IMG/VR virus record: IMGVR_UViG_3300044722_000002 | Span: 9,123 to 73,122 of that record | Source of the DNA: a virus | Length of the DNA: 64,000 bases | Reading direction: 5' to 3' (one strand) | Shown: positions 9,838 to 17,844 of the stretch, piece after piece | Position numbering within the stretch: the first letter of the stretch is position 1 | How the letters are laid out: every line of letters starts with the position of its first letter | Position numbers and translations under genes: made by a program | The notes under the pieces: generated by a model | Databases searched by the model: none | What the model was told of the DNA's origin: nothing | Seen by the model: only the letters and a program-made list of their open reading frames with translations

Positions 9838-10497
9838 TCAACACGCTTCTCTGTTGTTTCGAAGGTGAATAAGGGCAGTGGACGCTTCCGGCTGGGTCTC
9901 GGCAGTTTTTTCCATCGCACGGGCCTGCTCGTAAAACTTCATGCAGATCGAGTGACTAAAGCCACAGCAAAACGACTTCTTGAACGATACCATCCACCAG
10001 CGAAAGGTTGCGCCGGAATAACCCCAGGTATTTCGGGCTTTGCACTTTTCTCGTTGCTCGTCTCGGTTGTCCTTGGCGGCTTTCTCCGCAAGGTCTAAAG
10101 CCAGCCTTGTGAAGTAGCGGTAAAGTGACAAGCAGATAGAACGGTCAGACGGCCTGCCAACAAAGCAAACGGAATTGCAATGTTGGGTAATAAGTAGCGC
10201 GCAGTTGTTATTGCGAGCAATCGCTTCTGCTAGCTCTTCTTGCCATTCGACGCGACGGGTCTCATATGGCACGCTACTGTCGTCGTGGTGCGTGTGAGCC
10301 CACTCTAGATCAATTGGCTCGGACGCCTGCTCCTCGAATTCAATTTCGCTCATTTCCAAACCGTGCTTAGTGAGCAGGGTTTGAACCTGAGAAGCAAAAG
10401 CCTCGGCTTCGGCGATACTGCCAATGTCACGTGCACCTTGTTCGTGACGAACCATCTTCGCCAGTTTTTCAATAATCTCTGCTTTTGGCCGTAACAT
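9838..10497 (-). CDS. DUF2786-domain protein
   Basis: IIEKLAKM...EAEAF...LLTKHGL N-terminus; FVG and KKSF..GF motifs. Confidence 0.75.
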   Translation of the reverse strand: MLRPKAEIIEKLAKMVRHEQGARDIGSIAEAEAFASQVQTLLTKHGLEMSEIEFEEQASEPIDLEWAHTHHDDSSVPYETRRVEWQEELAEAIARNNNCALLITQHCNSVCFVGRPSDRSICLSLYRYFTRLALDLAEKAAKDNRDEQREKCKARNTWGYSGATFRWWMVSFKKSFCCGFSHSICMKFYEQARAMEKTAETQPEASTALIHLRNNREAC

Positions 10498-10703
10498 TAC
10501 CCCGCCTTCCTTCGATAGGTGATCACTCGCTCAAAATTCAGCGCGCGCAGTATCCGCGATCCAACCGGAAGCCGGCCCCGCAACACATCAGACAGATACT
10601 GCTCGGAAACCTCCGCCTTGGCGGCAAAGTTCTTCTGCGATCCGAGAGCCGCAACGGTTTTCCGCAAGTACTCCAATACGTCTTCTTCGTCATACTGTTT
10701 CAT
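10497..10703 (-). CDS. Cro/XRE-like HTH regulator
   Basis: SQKNFAAKAEVSEQYLSDVLRGR helix-turn-helix. Confidence 0.8.
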   Translation of the reverse strand: MKQYDEEDVLEYLRKTVAALGSQKNFAAKAEVSEQYLSDVLRGRLPVGSRILRALNFERVITYRRKAG

Positions 10704-10711
10704 GGGGTATG

Positions 10712-10740
10712 CTTATATACGGATTCACGGAGAGTGTCAA
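10712..10740 (-). promoter_or_regulatory. sigma70-type promoter, leaderless geometry
   Basis: TTGACA-N17-TATAAG-N8-ATG. Confidence 0.7.
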
Positions 10741-10765
10741 CAGTTATTTTCATGTAGACACAACG

Positions 10766-10796
10766 ACGCCTCTCAAGTTTCCCTGAGAGGCGTTTT
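10766..10796. terminator. Intrinsic terminator-like hairpin
   Basis: ACGCCTCTCA-agtttccc-TGAGAGGCGT followed by TTT on the plus strand. Confidence 0.6.
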
Positions 10797-10827
10797 CGTC
10801 TTTGGCTGAAGCCCGGCGACGCTGGTC

Positions 10828-10872
10828 TTAGTTATTTGCCGAATTGAAGGTTCGTAGTCGCCTAACGCTCAT
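10828..10872 (-). CDS. Putative 14-aa peptide MSVRRLRTFNSANN
   Basis: AGGAG RBS 9 nt upstream; lies in its own promoter-to-hairpin unit. Confidence 0.3.
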   Translation of the reverse strand: MSVRRLRTFNSANN

Positions 10873-10930
10873 TTTCTTTTTCTCCTGTTTCAAACGGTTG
10901 AAGATTGAATTCATACTTCACAAGGGCAGC

Positions 10931-10958
10931 ATCATACTCTCATGGCCCATGCAGTCAA
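10931..10958 (-). promoter_or_regulatory. sigma70-type promoter
   Basis: TTGACT-N16-TATGAT. Confidence 0.55.
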
Positions 10959-10981
10959 GATACTATTTCGTGTAGATACAG

Positions 10982-11015
10982 AAAAGCCGGAAGGGATTGC
11001 TCCGCCACCGGCTTT
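10982..11015 (-). terminator. Terminator of RNA ligase transcript
   Basis: AAAGCCGG...CCGGCTTTT hairpin about 30 nt after the stop. Confidence 0.6.
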
Positions 11016-11045
11016 AGAGGAGATAAGACTTGTCCGTCCGTTTCG

Positions 11046-11663
11046 CTAAAAGTCTTTCGTCTTAAGCTTCACTATCAACCGACTTCCCTTCTTGTCGAAC
11101 AGCGTCTCTGCCGGACGGCCTACAAGCCCTTCTGCTCGCATCTGGCCTTCGCCTAGAAGTGACGGAAATCCTTGCTTAACCATTTCCGTTGCCTGCTCAA
11201 GTGAAAACTCGCCTATGAATGGTACCGCGTCGAGTCCGAGTCTTGCGGCCACGTCGCAAGTGTTATCCCAGTTCAGCCACCAGCGATCCGCAACGAGAAC
11301 GTCAAATGCGATAAACTTTTTGGTCGGCGAATACAGTCCGCCTTTCTGGATGCCCGCGCCGTACCCCTCGCCATAAATCACCGCGCTTGATTCGGGGAAA
11401 ATCTCAGCCATCTTTGCCGTTGATACGTTCTCGTAAAGATACCTGATCAGGTCGCTATGAATTTGCGCGTTATCCGTCTTACCGCCAAAGGTCAACGTAC
11501 CGTTAGCCCAAATTGCGCGGATATTCGTACCGTCGATTTTTTCTGTCCACTGCCAGGACTTTAGGAGCGAGTAGGTGGGGTTTTTGAGCTTGGAAGAGTC
11601 AACCTTAAAGGTTGTCATGTCCCGCTCGTAGAGGGTTTCGATTTTATGATAGGTGTTGTCCAT
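11046..11663 (-). CDS. ATP-dependent RNA ligase (Rnl2-like adenylation domain only)
   Basis: Nucleotidyltransferase motifs EKIDGTN (I), IYGE (III), FDV (IIIa), EGLV (IV), KLK (V). Confidence 0.85.
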   Translation of the reverse strand: MDNTYHKIETLYERDMTTFKVDSSKLKNPTYSLLKSWQWTEKIDGTNIRAIWANGTLTFGGKTDNAQIHSDLIRYLYENVSTAKMAEIFPESSAVIYGEGYGAGIQKGGLYSPTKKFIAFDVLVADRWWLNWDNTCDVAARLGLDAVPFIGEFSLEQATEMVKQGFPSLLGEGQMRAEGLVGRPAETLFDKKGSRLIVKLKTKDF

Positions 11664-11710
11664 TATTCAGTCTCCCGCTGTAACTTTGGTTTCGTAACTT
11701 GTGAAAGAGC

Positions 11711-11780
11711 TGGTTGCGGTCGCCGGTAACGATCCGGCTTTCAGGATTATGAAATGCGTGACCCTGTTCACTTCCCCGCA
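11711..11780 (-). tRNA. Degenerate tRNA-like element (CAT loop, encoded CCA end)
   Basis: 5' TGCGG pairs with CCGCA-A-CCA 3'; T-arm GCCGG-ATCGTTA-CCGGC; TTCATAA loop. Anticodon stem and D-arm are disrupted. Confidence 0.5.
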
Positions 11781-11812
11781 ACAGAGACTATAACACGGCT
11801 GTCAAGACCTTT

Positions 11813-11989
11813 TCAGTAACACTGTGTCGAGACGATCACCGTGCAGCCGCCTTCGCAGCACACCGTAGTCGTAGTCGTGATACAACTACCTGACTGTTCG
11901 TGGGTTGTGGTTGAGATGCAGCCTGTCCGGGCAGACGTGGTAAGCGCGAGGGTGAAGGCGAAAACGACGGCTAGCAGTAGTTTCTTCAT
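11813..11989 (-). CDS. Secreted 6-cysteine peptide (58 aa; not in the ORF track)
   Basis: MKKLLLAVVFAFTLALTTSA|RTGCISTTTHEQSGSCITTTTTVCCEGGCTVIVSTQCY; RBS AAGGA. Confidence 0.75.
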   Translation of the reverse strand: MKKLLLAVVFAFTLALTTSARTGCISTTTHEQSGSCITTTTTVCCEGGCTVIVSTQCY

Positions 11990-12030
11990 TTTGAGTTTTC
12001 CTTTTTAGTGAGACATAAGAGACGATTGAG

Positions 12031-12059
12031 GTTATACTCTCCGCGCTCGTTCTAGTCAA
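12031..12059 (-). promoter_or_regulatory. sigma70-type promoter
   Basis: TTGACT-N17-TATAAC upstream of the Cys peptide. Confidence 0.65.
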
Positions 12060-12087
12060 AGGGTAACCCTTACTGTAACTTTCACCT

Positions 12088-12537
12088 ATGAGCGGAGAAA
12101 CCCAACAATGTCCCTCGCCGTGGACGGTAGACACGCTTAAGACTTTAACCGATGAGCAGATCAATAGAGTGCGGGGAGAGCTGGCCGCGCTAAAGGAACT
12201 CCTGCAAGCGGAGAACCGCGCTACAGCCGTGGCCGTCGTGGTAGCCCGGACAGAGTTGGAACGCAGGGTGGAACTGTTGAATAACCTGCGAACAGAAGTC
12301 GAGAACGACCGCGCGCAATTTGTGAAAACCGATGTCTACGCACCTGCGCATGAGGAACTAAGGCGGCAGAGGGTTACGGACGCTGAGAAGATCACGATCA
12401 TTCAGGGAGACGTGAAGAGCAACGCTACTGACATAGCAGGAATGAAGAACTCCCTAATGTGGATGACCCGGCTAATTGTTGGAGCATTGGTAATGGGGGT
12501 GATAGCTTACGCGTTTCAGGCGTTGACAGGGAAGTGA
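12088..12537 (+). CDS. Coiled-coil protein with C-terminal TM (holin/lysis-accessory-like)
   Basis: Coiled coil followed by WMTRLIVGALVMGVIAYAF. Confidence 0.6.
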   Translation: MSGETQQCPSPWTVDTLKTLTDEQINRVRGELAALKELLQAENRATAVAVVVARTELERRVELLNNLRTEVENDRAQFVKTDVYAPAHEELRRQRVTDAEKITIIQGDVKSNATDIAGMKNSLMWMTRLIVGALVMGVIAYAFQALTGK

Positions 12538-12617
12538 GACAAAGGAAAAGGCGAGAATTTCATTGCTTAATCCGCACGGAGAGAGCATAATCCGGCGTAG
12601 AAAGTTGAGGATCACAA

Positions 12618-12890
12618 ATGACAGAAATCGTTAAAACCTCCGGCGGTCGCGACGTAACCACAACCGGCGACTACAAAGCTCTCCTGCACGCCCCTACACA
12701 GGCACAGCACAGTCTGGCAGGCTCGCTGATCAACCTCATCCCAATGGACGTGCTACTCCCTCTGGTTATCTCTGCCGCGCTGAAGATCGCCACGAGTGGG
12801 ACGGGCACGCGCAGTAAGCAGATCAAAAAAGTCCTCATCCAGGTAGCGCAGTCAACGGAATCCACCTTCCCGGGCGAGGTATGCGGATGA
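12618..12890 (+). CDS. Hypothetical protein
   Basis: RBS GAGG; promoter-like TTGCTT-N17-CATAAT upstream. Confidence 0.55.
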   Translation: MTEIVKTSGGRDVTTTGDYKALLHAPTQAQHSLAGSLINLIPMDVLLPLVISAALKIATSGTGTRSKQIKKVLIQVAQSTESTFPGEVCG

Positions 12891-13060
12891 AGCTAACTCT
12901 GTGGAGCGCGGGCGATAAACCCCAGCGAGTTGGGACAGTAACTGTGGCGATGGTCAACGGCATGCCACCGGAGTTGATCTACCACGACGGCACCCCCTAC
13001 GGGCGAGCATACTACGGCGGGTGGGCTTATGATGAGTTAACCGTGGGAGAGGCTGGTTAA
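12887..13060 (+). CDS. Small hypothetical protein (57 aa)
   Basis: ATGA overlap with the upstream stop; RBS GAGG. Confidence 0.45.
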   Translation: MKLTLWSAGDKPQRVGTVTVAMVNGMPPELIYHDGTPYGRAYYGGWAYDELTVGEAG

Positions 13061-13070
13061 GGGAGTAAAC

Positions 13071-13214
13071 ATGAGCGACGAAAAAGACAGGGACGAGAGC
13101 AAGAACGAAAAGGCTAAAGAGTCCACGACAACTACTACGACTTCACCTCCGGCTGAACCGCCGCCGCCAGCCGATGGAGACGTGGAAAGTCCAGGTAAGA
13201 CTGGGGGCGGTTAA
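13071..13214 (+). CDS. Small disordered peptide (47 aa) ending KTGGG
   Basis: RBS GGGAG; MSDEKDRDESKNEKAKESTTTTTTSPPAEPPPPADGDVESPGKTGGG. Confidence 0.55.
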   Translation: MSDEKDRDESKNEKAKESTTTTTTSPPAEPPPPADGDVESPGKTGGG

Positions 13215-13217
13215 CCC

Positions 13218-13679
13218 GTGGTAGCAGCAGAATCATCGTTCAGTATTCCCAGCGAGGAAGTCCACCTTGTCTCGCAACGGAAGTACAACCTTGATGAGGG
13301 TCGCCCGTGGTGGGAGACGGCCTTCTTTCGGCTTGTATGGCTCCCGGTGGTTCGTTTTGGGTTTAAGTGGATGCATGTAGCCGCTCCGAGCGCAATGCGT
13401 CCTGACGGCTCGATAGTGCTGATTGAGCAGCAAGGGGTTTACTTTGATAAAGAGCGTGCGGCCCGAACTTGCGAGAATGAGTTTTGGACGGTGAAAACGC
13501 TACCAATCGACATACCTCTTCCAAAGGAAAGCGTGCAGTATAAAGGGCACCGTTCGCCACAATCCGTCATGCCCGACCGCTATCGCCGCCGCACCTTCCC
13601 TGCGCCCGTACCGGTCCACCAACTCAAACAGATAGAACGAGCATTCAAGACGATCAGTGAGAAGGCCACTGGGATATGA
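13218..13679 (+). CDS. Hypothetical protein
   Basis: ORF in the plus-strand island; overlaps the next gene. Confidence 0.5.
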   Translation: MVAAESSFSIPSEEVHLVSQRKYNLDEGRPWWETAFFRLVWLPVVRFGFKWMHVAAPSAMRPDGSIVLIEQQGVYFDKERAARTCENEFWTVKTLPIDIPLPKESVQYKGHRSPQSVMPDRYRRRTFPAPVPVHQLKQIERAFKTISEKATGI

Positions 13680-14037
13680 CTCCATGTACCAAGGCGCAAC
13701 CACCTCACCGCACTCGTGGCTGGAACTTGTTTACCTTATCGCAGTAGCGATCCTTGCATCCGGCTCAACGTACTTATTCCCAAAACTTAAGCGTAAACAG
13801 ACGGAAGCGGACATTCATAAGATAGACGCTGAGACTCGGCAGATCGATCTGTCGTCAATGAGTTCAGGCGGTGACCTCATGCTGGGACTGATGAAGCAGG
13901 CAGCGATTGCAATGGCGGATGTTGAGCGGTTGCGGGCGCAGAAGGAGTTCTGGCAAGCAAAGGCTGAGGCGTCTGAGACTGAGTGTGAGTTATTGCGGTT
14001 GCAGCTGGATAAGAGGATTAGGATAGGCGATTCCTAA
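13657..14037 (+). CDS. N-terminal TM plus coiled-coil protein (lysis-module-like)
   Basis: LVYLIAVAILASGSTYLF TM segment followed by a coiled coil. Confidence 0.55.
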   Translation: MRRPLGYDSMYQGATTSPHSWLELVYLIAVAILASGSTYLFPKLKRKQTEADIHKIDAETRQIDLSSMSSGGDLMLGLMKQAAIAMADVERLRAQKEFWQAKAEASETECELLRLQLDKRIRIGDS

Positions 14038-15206
14038 GCGCGTTCAAAACACAGGACATTCTCATGGTCGATTTCCGTGCCCGGATACTTCTTTTCGTGG
14101 AGTCTCCTGAAAAAGCTTTTACGAGAGATTGTTTTCACGTCTGCTCCGCCGTCAATCCTGCCTTGATCTCCGTACCGCTCCACTAACAAAGCGTGATGAT
14201 CGTGAATAAGTTTGAAGCCGACAGATTGGCATAGCAGTGTCCACTGTGCGGGAAAGTCTACGATCTGCTTATTGCGGACAAACCGCTTGACGACAAAGAC
14301 GGCGTGAGCGTTAGGAGTTAAGACCTGGTGGAGTTGTTCGAGGATGGTTCGGGATGCTGACCAGAAGGTGTCGCCAGACTGCTTTCCTAAATTATCAACG
14401 TGTCCACCGTAAGGGTCGCGGTCATTACTGCGTCGCATATTTGCTGCATTGCCGCCCTCACCGGCTTGCTGTATGCGTGAACCTTCATACGGGGGACTAC
14501 TTACCGCGCACTCAAACCTCCCTGCCCGCATTGCCCCCAACTGTCCAACTGTCTCACCGTAGCGAGTATCACTACGATTCATCTGTGAGTTTGGCCCACC
14601 TGTGTGAGCCGACTTCTCCGCATCAATGCCGCCGGCATGATTCAGACTTTCGGCATAAGGTGGAGACGATACAGCGAGGCTTGCATGTAGATTGCCTTCT
14701 TTCATTGCTCCAAGTTGGCCTTCGGTCTGTCCGTAAAACTCTCGTCGCGTATACAGCCGTTTCTCGTTGTCAATCGCGGTCTGTCCGCCGTGTCCAAGCC
14801 CGTCTGAATACGGCGGACTCGACACACAACAGCTCGCTTCACCGATCACGCTCGCCAGATTCCGCGAATCACCTTGAACTAATCGCGCACTGCCCCACTT
14901 CGGTAAACGTGAGTAGCGATCATTCCAGAGAGCGATGTTCTGGTTTCCAAGCGCATGGAACCGAGGCTCCAATTCGCATCCTGTCCAATGCAGTCCACTT
15001 TGCATGGCATCAAAACCGCCGAGTGCGACACCTCCAAACGGATCAACCACGTAATCGTTCTGATGTACCCATTGCTCGTCAATGACGTGTTGATAAATAT
15101 GACGAATGAGAGTGCGAGAGTATTTGGCAGGATGAGCGAAGGACTCAGGTGTAATCACGCCTGTCCATCCTTCTCCGTACATACCGTGCCATTCGTCTTG
15201 AACCAT
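14034..15206 (-). CDS. DNA amino-methyltransferase (N4-C type SPPY) with triplicated motif IV
   Basis: HPAK, DPFGG (motif I), GCELE, QGDSR and three SSPPY copies. Start codon uncertain. Confidence 0.8.
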   Translation of the reverse strand: MVQDEWHGMYGEGWTGVITPESFAHPAKYSRTLIRHIYQHVIDEQWVHQNDYVVDPFGGVALGGFDAMQSGLHWTGCELEPRFHALGNQNIALWNDRYSRLPKWGSARLVQGDSRNLASVIGEASCCVSSPPYSDGLGHGGQTAIDNEKRLYTRREFYGQTEGQLGAMKEGNLHASLAVSSPPYAESLNHAGGIDAEKSAHTGGPNSQMNRSDTRYGETVGQLGAMRAGRFECAVSSPPYEGSRIQQAGEGGNAANMRRSNDRDPYGGHVDNLGKQSGDTFWSASRTILEQLHQVLTPNAHAVFVVKRFVRNKQIVDFPAQWTLLCQSVGFKLIHDHHALLVERYGDQGRIDGGADVKTISRKSFFRRLHEKKYPGTEIDHENVLCFERA

Positions 15207-15210
15207 CTGC

Positions 15211-15783
15211 TCAACTTTGTCCCACTTCAAACTTAGGGTTGCGCTCAATGACGATCGTTCCTTCCTTGTGTTTCTCCCAAACCATCCAAGCACAGGTAAC
15301 GCTGTCGGTTTTCCCGTCGCCCGTGAACGAGATCCGCGGTAGTACGATCATTTGGGTTGGCGGATGTTCGTTTAACCAGTATCCGCGATCTTTCGTAGGT
15401 TCCAGGTAGCTCAGGCGCAGCAACATGGCGATACCGACAGACGCGTGCTCGTAGGCCAACGGAATAATTTGCGCGGCTTGGTTGAATGGAGGGTTAGAAA
15501 CGACCCAATCAAACCCTGTCCACACCTTTTCCCAGTTTAGGACATCCGTAGCGTCCAGCGTCCAAGCAAGATGTGGCATTGATAGGTCAATATCGTTACG
15601 CCAGATCGCACCGGGTTGGTATCGCAGAACATCAGCTATCGCGCCGTCGCCCGCGCAGCACTCAAACATCTGGCCGCGAATAGGCACGCGAGCGGTAAGT
15701 GACAGAGTTGCAGATACGGGAGTGAAGTACTGATCCAACTCGCGCCTGTTGGCTCGTTTTGTAATCGCTGCGCTATGTCCCAT
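15211..15783 (-). CDS. Small phage DNA N6-adenine methyltransferase
   Basis: DQYFTP, ECCAGDGAI, SNPPF, AMLLRLSYLE, RISF motifs. Confidence 0.8.
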   Translation of the reverse strand: MGHSAAITKRANRRELDQYFTPVSATLSLTARVPIRGQMFECCAGDGAIADVLRYQPGAIWRNDIDLSMPHLAWTLDATDVLNWEKVWTGFDWVVSNPPFNQAAQIIPLAYEHASVGIAMLLRLSYLEPTKDRGYWLNEHPPTQMIVLPRISFTGDGKTDSVTCAWMVWEKHKEGTIVIERNPKFEVGQS

Positions 15784-16698
15784 TTACTCTACAACTTCTT
15801 TAGCATAACTAACAGCAGGCCATTCCTTCATTGCCCAAACGTCGTCAGGTACGCGACCTTGCATTCCCGGTCGTGGCCCACTGTCTTGCTTGAAGTAGAC
15901 AGCGATTCCCGCCTCCTTTGCGTTAAGCGCGAGACTGATCGCCGAGGTTAGCGGCATCTCTCTGTGACCGTGTCCCGACTCGCCACCGATCACGATGCCG
16001 TCTAGAGTCGGCGTTGATTGCCTCAGCCCGAACCGCGCATCGTTGGAAAAGTACACATCAAGAGTGAGTTCACCTAACAGCGGCTCAACGCTGGCCCACC
16101 GCACCGCCGCCGGGGTTTCAAGCAATAGCTGAATGCGTTCGTCAGCGGTCTTTTGATCTTCGACGGACACGCCAAGGTGGACGTTCGGAAGCGAGCGGAT
16201 CGGGTTAACGCCATGCGCCAAATTGGCCAACAAAACTAGTTGATCAATGCTGCCAAGACTACGGGCCACTGTATAAACGCGATCCGCGAAACTCACGGTG
16301 TCTATGTACTCTCGCATCCGCTTCGCGCGCTTCGTCAAGACCTGAAACGTCACATCAGGCCGGAGTGCGAACAGCGCGAAATGCTGATCAATAATTTCAT
16401 CTGAAACCCATTCGCCAAACAGGTCTGTCATATCGTCAACAAACACCTTCTTGCCTGCGATCTTCTTTGACTTTAGAACCTCTCCTGCTTCGCTAAGGTC
16501 AAAAAACGACGTTAACGATTTCATGTTCTCAGCGGTGAACGCTTCGCCCCGGCCCCAACGTTTCGCCAGTGCTTCGCTGTAGCAGAATCGACAGCCTTCA
16601 GAAGCATGGACACACGCCCAAACCGTCTTGCCTTCGGCGTTGCGATACTTCAACAGGTTTGTGGAGAAGTCTGTCCAGCCGATTGATGTTTCTTGCAT
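15784..16698 (-). CDS. DUF5131 (Gp37/Gp68) radical-SAM-like protein
   Basis: TSIGWTD, C...SEGCRFCY, MTDLF, FQVLTKR, LGVSVEDQ, SVEPLL, IVIGGESG, YFKQ. Confidence 0.9.
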   Translation of the reverse strand: MQETSIGWTDFSTNLLKYRNAEGKTVWACVHASEGCRFCYSEALAKRWGRGEAFTAENMKSLTSFFDLSEAGEVLKSKKIAGKKVFVDDMTDLFGEWVSDEIIDQHFALFALRPDVTFQVLTKRAKRMREYIDTVSFADRVYTVARSLGSIDQLVLLANLAHGVNPIRSLPNVHLGVSVEDQKTADERIQLLLETPAAVRWASVEPLLGELTLDVYFSNDARFGLRQSTPTLDGIVIGGESGHGHREMPLTSAISLALNAKEAGIAVYFKQDSGPRPGMQGRVPDDVWAMKEWPAVSYAKEVVE

Positions 16699-17060
16699 TC
16701 GGAACCCTTTACTCCAAAGTGTCTGAGTGTTAATTCCAGCCAAGCCGTCGGCTGTGCGGGCGTGATCGTCGTACCGCACGTCTGGCAGGCAAAATAGAAT
16801 CCCGTGTTAAGCGCGCCGGTGAACTCCGGTCGCCACGAGTGGCTGAGACGGCAGCGGAAGACTCGATGGATAGCGCGCCTCACTACGATTGTGCCTGCGC
16901 TTCGTCGGCCCACATACGGGCCTCTTGCAACTTGGTCGGTAAGTTCACACTTGCATTTCGGACAGAAAACGTAGTCGGCGCATGTGCCTTCTTCTCCTGT
17001 AAGCGCGCCACAGTTAACGCAGTAGAGGGGGGTAATTTCAAAATGGCATTCATTGCTCAT
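16650..17060 (-). CDS. Cys-rich hypothetical protein
   Basis: Several CxxC pairs; ATGA coupling. Confidence 0.45.
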   Translation of the reverse strand: MSNECHFEITPLYCVNCGALTGEEGTCADYVFCPKCKCELTDQVARGPYVGRRSAGTIVVRRAIHRVFRCRLSHSWRPEFTGALNTGFYFACQTCGTTITPAQPTAWLELTLRHFGVKGSECKKHQSAGQTSPQTC

Positions 17061-17242
17061 AGCCCTAACTCTCCCTGCTCTGCTTCCACCGCGTCGCGCG
17101 GGTATGGCTCACCGTGTAACTCAGTCAACGGATCGAACGCACCTGGTGGCAGTGAGATCGTGCCGTCGTCCATTGGGTCAATCAGACCAACTGAAGTGCA
17201 ACAGGGACATTCAGGGTCGCTTGCATCAAAGTGTGGGGCCAT
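17057..17242 (-). CDS. Hypothetical protein
   Basis: RBS GGAG; ends with an RBS for the next gene. Confidence 0.45.
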   Translation of the reverse strand: MAPHFDASDPECPCCTSVGLIDPMDDGTISLPPGAFDPLTELHGEPYPRDAVEAEQGELGL

Positions 17243-17284
17243 TATTGAGCTTCTCCCTTCGCAACCTTCACGTCTCGTTCTGCT

Positions 17285-17839
17285 CTACGCTTTTGCAAGC
17301 ATGAGTTCCTTATTTTCAAGAAAATCGTACACTCGCTTGTTCCATCTAGCGTCCGCGAGTGCGTGATGTTCACTCTTCCCCTGTTCAGGTAGTTTCGGGT
17401 TACCGAGATCGTCGCACCACTGCTTCAGATCACGCGTGTACATCGGCCAGCCTTTCGGCAGATCCATCATCGTGCCAAATAGTTGACAGAGAGCGACGTG
17501 ATCATAGTCTGCGTAGTAGCCCCACAGTTCGAATTTTCCCTGTTCGGGTTGTGGTCCATTTCGAAAGAACGCTAGCAGGTCGTTGGCTATCTGCTTGCGT
17601 GGGCGCCATGCCATCGCCTCGTCTTTAATTCGCGGAGCTACCGAGAGATCGCTGAAATTTACATAACGATCTGGCAAGTGGGCGAGCACGTTATCTTTTA
17701 CCCACTGACTCGCTTTGCTTGGCTTAAATTCCGTGCTGATCGCATAATACGAACGACCATCTTCAGCAACCACGCCGATACTGATTAGGTCGATGGTCTT
17801 GCCATCTTCAATGAATTCCGTATCATAATAGTAGCGCAT
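17285..17839 (-). CDS. DEDDh 3'-5' exoribonuclease, RNase AS (Rv2179c)-like
   Basis: YDTEFIEDG, LISIG, WVKDNVL, WGYYADYDHVALCQLFG, HHALADARW. Confidence 0.9.
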   Translation of the reverse strand: MRYYYDTEFIEDGKTIDLISIGVVAEDGRSYYAISTEFKPSKASQWVKDNVLAHLPDRYVNFSDLSVAPRIKDEAMAWRPRKQIANDLLAFFRNGPQPEQGKFELWGYYADYDHVALCQLFGTMMDLPKGWPMYTRDLKQWCDDLGNPKLPEQGKSEHHALADARWNKRVYDFLENKELMLAKA

Positions 17840-17844
17840 GTAGA

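Noticed and set aside
10790-10845. GCAAATAAC and GCCAAAGACGAAAAC resembling a tmRNA tag
   Set aside because: No tRNA-like ends, no pseudoknot series and no C-terminal AA tag.
11787-11806. TTGACA as the -35 box for the tRNA-like element
   Set aside because: Only 7 nt from TATAGT; the extended -10 is the more plausible element.
14354-15085. 243-aa plus-strand ORF
   Set aside because: Antisense shadow of the methyltransferase; no RBS or motif.
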